Below the pieces are notes generated by a model. It searched no databases. It was not told the DNA's origin and saw only the letters and a list, made by a program, of their open reading frames with translations. A stretch of 64,000 nt of DNA from Daphnia carinata (lineage: Eukaryota), in the NCBI RefSeq assembly GCF_022539665.2, contig NC_081333.1, positions 12,090,001 through 12,154,000 of the forward strand. The letters run 5' to 3'. This document shows, piece by piece, positions 54,286 through 64,000 of this stretch. Position numbers and translations under genes: made by a program. Positions within the stretch are counted from its first letter, which is position 1. Each line of letters opens with the position of its first letter.

Positions 54286-55802
54286 TATATATACTGTGTA
54301 CAGACATCATCCCGTACAGCTGAACAACTCAAACGAGAATAATCCTGTGCATTTGGGAATAGCATGTCATCTATTATGCATGGGTGTAGTGAAATTGCAT
54401 GCACTGGTAATCTACATGAGGAAATGAGACAACGATAGGCGAGAGAGGGGGGGACAGTTGAAATCTTATTTTAGAACGGGACATCAAAGGAATAATCTTG
54501 GATCGACGAGTAAATTGGGCAGATGGCATCCTCATACCGACTGGCAGCAGATGATTGCTCTTAAGTGACATACTCAACTACTAAGAGTAGTAAAGCTCTT
54601 TCTGCCGCCCCCTCATCTCCCCCTTTTTTTTCAGCATCCACTCATTTCCGAAAAAGTCTGCTACAAAAAGAAGGGAAAAAAATTCAAAATAATGAAGCAA
54701 AAAAATGAAAACGCTGGCCCAGCCAGAAAAGGGGGAGGAAACAGCGGACCCAGCTCTCTGGTGGGCCACGGCTAACGATAAAGATCACACTGAGCGCCGC
54801 ATATAATGACGATGGTTGATGTAACGGACAATGCCAGTCGGTGCCAAGCTGATTTCTACCCTCTCTCTCTCTCTCTTTACCAGTTCCACGTAAGTGTGTG
54901 TATCTACATGTGTGTAAAAGAGGGATAGCCAAAAAAACCTATCGCACTCAAACGTACGCAAAGGGAAAAAAAGGAGAGAAAACAGAGAGAACGTACGCAA
55001 TAGATTGAAAGAAAGAATCTGAAGGGGAACGAGAGATCCGCCTCTTCACTCTTCCAAGCAGACGCGACGTAGAACACATTTACACAGAGACATACACCGT
55101 CGAGAAGAGAGCCAAATATAAATACAAAAAAAAAGAAGAATTTAGATAAATATTCAGTTGAAAGCTTCTCATTATGTGTGGCGTAGCGATCTAGTTGATA
55201 AACTCAGCGGACCCCGTCAATTTTCGCTGGGGGAGTCAGATTTGTGTACTATTTGAGAAGATAAGGCCGGTACCGACGCTAGCCAATCATGAAGAAGTTT
55301 TTAGCTTCTTCTTCAACAATTCCTAACCCCCCCCACCTTCCCCTCTCTATGCTTCTAACATCCAATGAGCCTGTCACTGTCTATCAACATCTCTGATCGA
55401 CGCTCCGTCCGGAGTAGCCGCATCGCATTGAGACCCTGGGAAAAACTGATCTACGCCCCCCCAATTCACAGCGAACGACGAGCTGGCCTTTCCCCGTTGT
55501 CGATGACTATTGACATTCTTGTTTTCACAAAATGTTAACATCCTGATGGAAAATTAATCTAGATAGCAAAGAAAAACGTGTAAGCAAATATGAAGGTATT
55601 AAGTTCTGAAAAGATGACTCTTGTGGCCTTAAAAGCACTGATTATTCTCTCACCTTTTCTTTTTGTCGTCCTTATGCTAATACCAAGTCACTGCTCAGAG
55701 AAAAGTCTTTTTGAATTTAAAGTTTTCAAAATCATCAAAGGAAAATGGGACCTGACAGTGAAGTTGAGCTACGTAGCTGGGAGACGTACTAGTCCTCGTT
55801 CA

Positions 55803-55884
55803 TAATCCAATTGTTGTTAATGAGATCCACTGTGGACGGTGGAACTAATTGGTGTAGTAGCACAGTGGAATAGTTGGCAATTAG
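55803..55884 (+). promoter_or_regulatory. Candidate photoreceptor promoter module (RCSI/P3-like TAATCCAATTG plus further homeodomain sites) upstream of ninaC
   Basis: TAATCCAATTG (55803-55813) fits TAATYNRATTN. Also TAATGAGATCC (55818), CTAATTG (55845) and CAATTAG (55878) within ~80 bp, ~480-560 bp before the ATG. Confidence 0.45.
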
Positions 55885-56363
55885 AGTCAGAGCAAAGAGG
55901 AAATCACGCGATGAAGAAACTGCGAATTTAAACCAACGCCGAGGGGAAGCGGCTTCCCGGTTTCATTTCTTTTCTCGTGCACCCTTTTTATTTTACCATC
56001 ATACATACTTACTGACTGACATTTCTACCGTGTTAGGCCGTCCTCTGTTCGCACAACTAACAAGATTAAACCCTGTGTCCTCCCTCTGACAAGACTATCG
56101 TGAAAATTCGTCTTTGTATTGGACTATTTCTAGCTCGGTACCCCAACCAGTTGGCTCCGGTACTTCGTTTGAAGTCGACCAAGACAAGGTCGTCCCAACT
56201 TGGTCGGGAAAAAAAATTCAATTTTGTTTGTTGAAGTTCACCCTGCAAACCATTCGCTAACTTTTTTAGCCAACTAGTTTCAATAGCAAATGACCTGGTC
56301 GTGTTTTTGATCATCTGTAGAAAACTGGCAGCATAGACTAACGAAGAAACAAAAATAAAAATC

Positions 56364-59300
56364 ATGTCTTACTACGGTAAAAGCCTTTATTTGGATTTTA
56401 ATTCTTTACCCAATGTGGATCGTCGGTTCGCTCTTGGACGTATCTTGGCCAGGGGAACTTCGGCCACCATTTATCACGGAGTCGACCGCGAAGCAGGTAT
56501 TGCAACTGCAGCAATTTTCGCACTTGCTTGTGTAGCACCCCCTCCTCCAAATAGCTGCAGACGTGAACTGTGACCACATAAATGAATCATTTTATTGTCA
56601 GGTGATCGCATGGTAGCAGTCAAAGTATTGAAAAACTTGGCTGAAAACGTAGAGTTCATCGAGGAAGAGTACAGGATCTTCAAGAACTTGAGCAGGCATG
56701 GCAATTTTCCCACATTTTACGGTGGGTTCCTCAACAAGTTTGACAAGGCCGATAAAGATGAGCTATGGTTGGTCATGGAGGTAACTATCATTTAGTTAAA
56801 ACAATTTCTGTTTTCTTACGCCATGGAACGATTTTGTGATTGCAGCAATGCGAAGGTAGTTCCTTGGCCGATCTGCTTTACAATATGGGCCTTAAAAGTC
56901 GTAAGTTGAGTGAGCCATTGATTGCTTACATCGTCCGCGAACTGCTCAACGCGTTGAGCTACCTCCACATGAACCACATCATCCATCGTGACGTTAAAGC
57001 TTCCAACGTCCTTTTGACATTAGACGGAGGCGTCAAGCTGACTGACTTTGGATTCTCCAGGTAATGTAGATCGTGAAACACCGTTCGAGCACATAATAAT
57101 GTTTCGCCTTGTTTCCCCAACGCAGGCATTTGAAACATACGATGAGTCGACGATCTACTTCCATCGGTTCGCCACATTGGTGAGGAAGTGATTAATAATT
57201 CAATAACAATAACATGCAGTAATGAGAGGACGATATTCAGGATGGCTCCGGAAGTCATAACGAGTAGCCAAACTGATCCAGGAACTCTGGAACCACTGGA
57301 CGATGACGAAGTCAAGAAAGGCTATGATCACCACTGTGATGTTTGGTCTCTCGGTAATAATGCTGAATAAAGACGAGCTTAAGTAAGTGACTAGCACAAA
57401 CGCAGAATCCTGTATTGCTTGCGGTCGAGGCAACTAGCCAATTAAAATTCAAAAGTGTGAAGCCAAACTTGGACGTTTCCGAGACTTCCCTGCCTTTTTT
57501 GTTGTTGTTTGATTTAGCGGTACACGCTAATTGACAGAACATGTCACTACACAATTGTTTTATTTAGGTATTACTACTATCGAAATGGCCGATGGAGAAC
57601 CACCCTTGTGGAAATTGCATCCTGTACGAGTTTTGTTCCAAATTGTTCATAATCCTCCACCTGAAGTGAAAGTGCCTTTGGACTGGTCGGCAAACTTTAA
57701 GGACTTCATTTCAGAGTATTGCTGGCGATTTTTTTTGGTTTCTAGTTTCATTTAACTAAATTTTTTATTCACGTGGATTTGAGATGTCCTTCACGTGTAC
57801 GTTTGGCAGAGAACAAGTAATTCAAAAATATTGTTCTTTTTTTTTGTAGATGTCTAATAAAAAATCCTGACCATCGGCCAGTCATTATGGAACTAATGGA
57901 TCACCCCTTTATTCAGGAGATTCCCGAGGATACGGGAGCGGTAGGTTTTCTGTTAGATCATTATCATCTTTAACGAAACTAATTGCTCCTCCGAACTTTG
58001 AACAGTTGCGAAACCAACTTAAGGTTTTAATCACTAAACACGCTTCTTCCGTCGATTTGGAAAGACCGCATGAAGTTATCGCTAAAAATGGCAAGCTGAA
58101 GGTCCGTATGAATGGGATTGGCTGTATAAATAATCTTTTAACATAAGAAGAATGAATGAAAGGATTGAAATCGTTCATTTAGATGGAACCGGACGGTCCG
58201 TTCAAAAAGATATACCCCGACGATTTGGCATCCCTCGAAAGCGTAGACGAAGAAAAAGTACTCATTACTCTCGGCAATCGCTTCAGTCGCGGCCAATTTC
58301 AAACTTACGCCGGAACTGCCCTTCTTATCATCAATCCACTGGTGGAACAGGCATCCGTCTATGAGAAAGAGGTAAATCTGATTTCTAATTGCCAAATAGC
58401 TTTTAAAGTAATGTACCAAATGTTGTGAATGTGAATCAATAGCACCATGAACGTCACATGTTCAAAGCTCGCTCTGACGAAGAACCCCATGTTTATGCAG
58501 TTGTCGATCGCGCTTGGCAAGACATGCTTCATCACCGAGAGCATCAAAATATTATTCTATCAGGCGATCGGAACTCTGGCAAGTCCTTTAATTTCGCCCA
58601 AATCATTAACCATCTATGCTACATGGCAAAGGTACTTGATGTAATATGGTGTAATTAGAACGATGTCACTATGGAGCTGTTCATCTAACGTTCACAGGGC
58701 AATCAAATAGTGGCTGAACGAATTGAGCAATTGCCTTCAATCCTCGATTGTTTCGGCAACGCGGCCACGGAAGGAAACGCTAACAGTTCCCGACATGTCC
58801 GCTATTTAGATTTGAAATTTACCGAAAGTGGCAAACTGAGTGGAGCCATCATTAGCATTTACCTACAGGAGAAATGGCGTATAAGCGAATCGCTTTCAAA
58901 GTACGGCTATATTCTATTCAAGATCGATCATCAAGCATGATGGGTTCATTGATTGTCTAGGTCAAACCGCAACTATCACATCTTTTACTACGTCTATTAC
59001 GGACTGAAATATGAGGAGCTTTCGGAGAAATATTTTCTCGACGGTCAGAAAGGCATGCGTTTTCTACCGATCGGTGAGACGGATGCCGAAATCGGTTACT
59101 ACTTAAATGGCTACAAAAAGCTGAAGAAACATTTCCGCTTTTGGGATATGGAAGGAGAAGAACAAGAATTCATTTTCCAAACTATTGCGGCTATCCTTCT
59201 TCTCGGTCAGATTCGATTCGATGATCAAAATAGCCAGTCATTCGTTGCCAACCCCGACATCTTAAATAAAGGTAACAGTCATTTTCGAGTGTAGCAATAT

Positions 59301-62300
59301 CAAAGTCTATCAACTTCACTGTTCTTCTAAAGTTGCAAGCCTCTTGAGCGTTGATCCATCTAAACTTGGATGGGCTTTGTGTAACAGCTCAAAGTTCAAA
59401 AATGGAAACGTGGAAGTAGAATCAAGCAGTGTAAGCGAGTGTGGCCAATCGCGTGATGCTCTTGCAAGAGGATTGTATTCTCGTCTAGTCGATTGGTTAG
59501 TTAACGTCCTCAACCTCAACATGTGCCTCGGAAGAAAAGCCTTGTGAGTCAAACATTCAAAATTTTCATTTGACATTAACTCATCCGGATCAACCGCTCA
59601 ACAGTGGTGAGAAAAATTCAATGGGAATTCTAGATCCTCCAGGATTCGACAGCGCATCACGCAGAAATTCATTCGAACAGCTCATTTCTAACATTACCAA
59701 TGAGCAATTGTTTTATCATTACAATCAGAATCTTTTCTCGTGGGAAATGGTATAACTTCGTTTTTCAATTCCTTCTTCAAACTTTAAATATCAGTTTCAA
59801 TTTCAACACATGTAGCAAGATTACAAGGACGAAGAGATACAGATGGGCAAATTTGCTTTCAGAGACAACCGGAGCGTGTTGAACGCAATGCTTTCAAAAC
59901 CAGACGGTTTATTAGCTGTCATTGACGAACAGTCACGCGCACTCGACGCCAGTGATCACACTCTATTAGGTAGGTTGTGTGAATCACTTTAATAACTGTG
60001 TTACTAAACATGACGCTTTGAAACAAAACAGACCATTTTGAACGAGTCATTTCACCTCAACACGTTCAAACCGAGAACGATGGCAATTTCGTTGTCCATC
60101 ATTCGGGCGGTGATGTCCGCTATCGCATTGATGAGTATTTGAAGAGAAACAATGATTTTCTGTCGGCTGAGTTGATTAACGTTATGAGAAAGTCAAGAAA
60201 TGCTCGCATAGCCAACGTTTTTACTAACAAAACGACCAAAACAGGACACATTACCAGTGATCCAGGTGCCACCCAGAAAGTAAAAAAAAGTACATCTCTT
60301 GGTGTACCAACGATCAACAAGGTACGTGATTGACAGTAAACCAATCGGATCTGTGAAGGTAAGGTCTTTTTTTGCATTTTCAGGGATTCAACACCTTGTC
60401 CCAAGGACAATATTCACAGACTCGACAGATGCAGACAATGGCTATGAAAACACGCCAGTCATTGATTCAGCTTTTGCAGAAATTGGTACATGGCAGTCCG
60501 CACTTTATCCGCTGTTTGCGACGTTGTAAAACGGCATCAGCCACTACCGTTCTGGACAAAGCTTACCTTGCCGATCAGATTCGTGCCTGCAACCTTATCG
60601 AGACAATCAGAATTCGCCAAAATGGATACGCTTATCGCATTCCCTTCGTCGAGTTTCTGCGCAGGTTCGGCAACAAATGCAATCGTATTTTGCCATTTCT
60701 TTAATTTCAAATACGTCCTTAACTGAAGGTATCAATTCCTGGCTTTCGATTACGATGAGACTGTGGACATGACACAAGATAACTGTCGACTGCTCCTCCT
60801 TCGTCTCAAGATGCCTCAGGAAGGCTGGATGATGGGAAAAACCAAAGTCTTTTTGAAATATCATACTGAGGAATATCTTTCCAGGTTACCTCATAAATGT
60901 TTCATTTCCATATCTGTTCCATATTTAGATAAAATTCTTCTTTGACGCAGGGTTTATGAATCGCAAGTGAGGAAGATTGTAAAAGTCCAAGCTATCATGC
61001 GAGCTGTGATGGTTAAACTGAAAAAGAAACAAGGAGGAAGCAGTGTTCAACGACGACAACCGATTCGTACCGCAAGCGACATGAGCAAGGATGAAGCAGC
61101 TCTGGCTATTCAAAAGAGTAAGAGATTCTGGGGCGTGTAGAAAAAGCCAACTTTTTTTTTTTTTTTTTTTTTTTGGGGGGGGGGGGACCTGATCGTTTAC
61201 CAATACGTGATTTTGTGCAATAACAATATCGTTTTTTTGGTTTGTGACATTTGCGTTTTCTAGGTTATCGCGGCTACTCCGTACGAAAAGAATACGGCTG
61301 CGCACCGAACAAGCCCAAGCGTTTCCAATGCAGCACTATTCAAGAGGAAGCGGCCAACACCATACAGTACTTTTGGCGGAAGTGGAAAGGCAAATCCTTA
61401 TTCCAACAGCTGCTCTTATATCGGGCTGATAAACAGCAGCAACTCACTTATTTCTGCCAGCAGGTCAGAACTTTTACATTCCAACAATTCGATCCGCTTT
61501 AAAGTTGTTAGAGTCGTTGAGTAGAGGGAAAGAAACAAAAAAAAAAAAAGAAAAAGAAGTAAATGGTAAGAGGTTAACAAGAAGTAAGAAGCTTGAATGC
61601 CATCTAGTGTTTCTTTCCAGTTTAGAGAAATCTCCGTAAATGCTACTTCAGATTTCAACGTCCATATAAGAGAAGGAAGTCGTAGAGATAATTTCAGCAG
61701 TTGTTATTTCTACGTATATGTCGACAACGTCCGAACAACGGCCGTATTTTTACTTTGAAAATACCGTGCTGACATACAAAGTCGCCACTAATTACAGGGT
61801 TTGAGTTTCACTAATTGGGTTTGAAGCGTTTCTTTATTTTCCCTGGTTCTTTACTTTGTGCTTAATTTTCAGCCTCAGGCCACAAAACAGTTTCAGTTTC
61901 TTAATCCCACATTCACGCAAAGAGTTGTTTCCTGTTATTGATCGCAAGAGTTTCCGGTAAAGAAAAACCAGCCACTTACAGCAAATTAAAATGTATATAA
62001 AGGAAATTCGTTAATAAGGGCGTACAAGACAACAACCTGCGGCTTTACACCTACGTTGTCCTTCGTTAACTTAATTGTAATGCTATAATTCTGCTTTTTC
62101 ATCAGGTTCACATTTACAACCAAGAGTCTTGCGGTAATGTCCGGAAAACTGAAGCCCCGGTAAATTTGAGAGAAATCAGTATTCGGCCACGTCTAGCAAA
62201 TCGATCGATTCCAAAACCTGTTGGCCCCAAAAAATTACCATTACTTTTGAAAAATCGTCATTTTCTTGACACAACTTTCATGTGTGTCAAGGCTTTCAAT

Positions 62301-63447
62301 AAGAGCGATTTAGTTGTGAGACAGTAAGTCTATTTCTTAGTTTTGACCTTTATTCTGGATAAACAATTTGCTTATTCTAGCGTTATAACTATTTTTAATA
62401 TGACAGGAAACCGACTAGCTTGGATTTACCAAATTCTTCCGCAGTGAATAAAAACCACAGGACGCCCAGTCCACCGTCATCACAATCTCCCAGGTATGTC
62501 GCTATTTGAAATGATTTAGTTTTGGCGCTCTCGAAAAATGGGGTTTTGAAGATATTGAGTACGCCAATAGATGGCGTTATTAGTACACAAATGAAAGAAT
62601 TAGCAACGAAACCAATAATAGTAAAATATGGGGCCACCAGATGTCTTTTCAGAGCCCCATGACGTTAAAAAAATAGAAATAAAATCAATCTTGTTATTCA
62701 AAAACGTGTACATGAGTTCATTAGATGTGCTTTCGTTTCAGTCGATATGGCCGATATGACGACAAGTCACCTGCATCTCGAAATCGGACACCCTTGCCGA
62801 AACAATCACCTAGTAACCCGGTAACCGAACGAAGCGTTTCTCCTAATTCTAATGGTGCTTCGCCTGACAAGATTAACATACAAGTGACAGAATGGAATAG
62901 AAAATCATCTGAGCCTCCCAAGTAAAATATGTAATTCTAAAAGTATTTGATGGCAATTTTTATTGGTTTTCTTTTTAGGTATGGGCTGTCAAAACCTGTG
63001 GGTCCGAAAGTCAATGCACAACCCACATACACAGGCTATTCCATGGCAAAACCGTCAAACCAACGGCAGATTGCTAAAGAAATAGAGAAAAAAGCTGTGG
63101 AACTTGGCAAAACTTCAAATGAAGAAGATGCTGCACCATTCAATTTTCAAGTACTTTGTATATTATATAACAATGACAGTGTGATATTAACTGACTATTT
63201 TGTTTGGCACAAGGGGATGCTTAAAAAAACCAACTATAGTAGAGATTCATTGAAAAGACAGAATGGTGAAAAAGCCAACGGTGAAACTAACTTTGGCAAT
63301 AGGGCTACAAGCCCATCAGTTGTATATCAGTCAAAACCAGGATATTCACCAACCAACATTAAAATCAGTCACCAAGCCCCATCACCAACCCTTAAGCACC
63401 AGATCATCCCAGGACTGGTCATTGAAGGAGAAGAAGCAGACCTTTGA
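56364..63447 (+). CDS. ninaC: NinaC / class III myosin (STE20-like kinase + myosin head + 3 IQ motifs + tail), 25 exons, ~1471 aa
   Basis: Exons: 56364-56496, 56602-56780, 56846-57060, 57126-57179, 57241-57353, 57568-57715, 57850-57940, 58006-58101, 58183-58371, 58443-58631, 58698-58900, 58961-59271, 59333-59543, 59605-59749, 59816-59969, 60032-60321, 60384-60664, 60729-60884, 60951-61117, 61264-61463, 62106-62323, 62407-62493, 62742-62921, 62979-63150, 63214-63447. All GT-AG, cumulative phase consistent, 4416 nt. Kinase motifs [30 protein letters not shown]. Myosin motifs [44 protein letters not shown] motifs [27 protein letters not shown]. NinaC-like tail PFNFQGMLKKT ... [14 protein letters not shown]. 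Tail exons are less certain than head exons. Confidence 0.9.
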
Positions 63448-64000
63448 AGTTTCAATGAATCTCCATTTGTAAGAATATTTTTCTCTTTTTTTTTTACCAC
63501 TTATTCGGGGGTTATCTATTCTCTTGCGCTAGTACTAGCTTAGCAATTTACTTGAACCCCACATTGACGTCAGGAAAGTATAGGCAAATTCCATCTAAAA
63601 ATCTTTGCGGTATGCTTTGCAAATTTTTCGTACAGCCAGTAGACCGAGACAGCAATCAGGACCATCCATAAGGCACTCGAAGCTTTTCGTCCCATTCCAC
63701 TTTTAGATGCCCGGAGATATCATGTTGCGCGGATTTCGGTGAAAAATATCTCTATTCTAATGAATGGAGAAAAAAACAAAAATGAAGAAGCAAATTATTG
63801 CTTGTCACTGCGGAAGTTTGCACCTGTTACCTGTTAGCTAATTTACTTTAAAGAGACGGCATACTGTCAGAGAAGTAAATGCTTAGTAGCAGACCTAGTC
63901 GACCTGTTTACCCTGTAGTTAACTCAGAGAAAACAATAAGCATTTCTGATACTTTATTCTGGAAATTGTCTGGCTCCAACAAGAAATTCCAGTCCATCTT

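Noticed and set aside
63500..64000. Possible 3' end of a convergent minus-strand gene (fragments KMDWNFLLEPDNFQNK and HLKVEWDEKLRVPYGWS*)
   Set aside because: I could not join the fragments into a consistent spliced frame or recognise a family; needs flanking sequence.

Overview
Eukaryotic (arthropod, most likely a Daphnia-like branchiopod crustacean; taxon is inference) genomic DNA carrying the Wnt1-Wnt6-Wnt10 cluster followed by a ninaC/class III myosin gene. I assembled four complete spliced models by hand, all with GT-AG introns and consistent phases: Wnt1/wingless (+, 4 exons, 8246-21233, 379 aa), Wnt6 (-, 6 exons, 34934-28027, ~356 aa), Wnt10 (+, 4 exons, 47725-53944, 415 aa) and ninaC/Myo3 (+, 25 exons, 56364-63447, ~1471 aa). 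A ~1.55 kb modular non-coding transposon-like repeat (25921-27472) lies between the convergent Wnt1 and Wnt6 3' ends. The rest is homopolymer- and microsatellite-rich non-coding DNA, and most short ORFs in the track are noise. I see no wholly new biological system. The most notable points are: Wnt6 is inverted relative to the Drosophila cluster; the Wnt10-ninaC adjacency matches Drosophila; the myosin III motor has degenerate catalytic motifs; Wnt10 has a basic, possibly cleavable N-terminal extension; ninaC has an in-frame intron and candidate alternative exons in its tail; and there are candidate Su(H), Ci/Gli and photoreceptor RCSI/P3 cis-elements.
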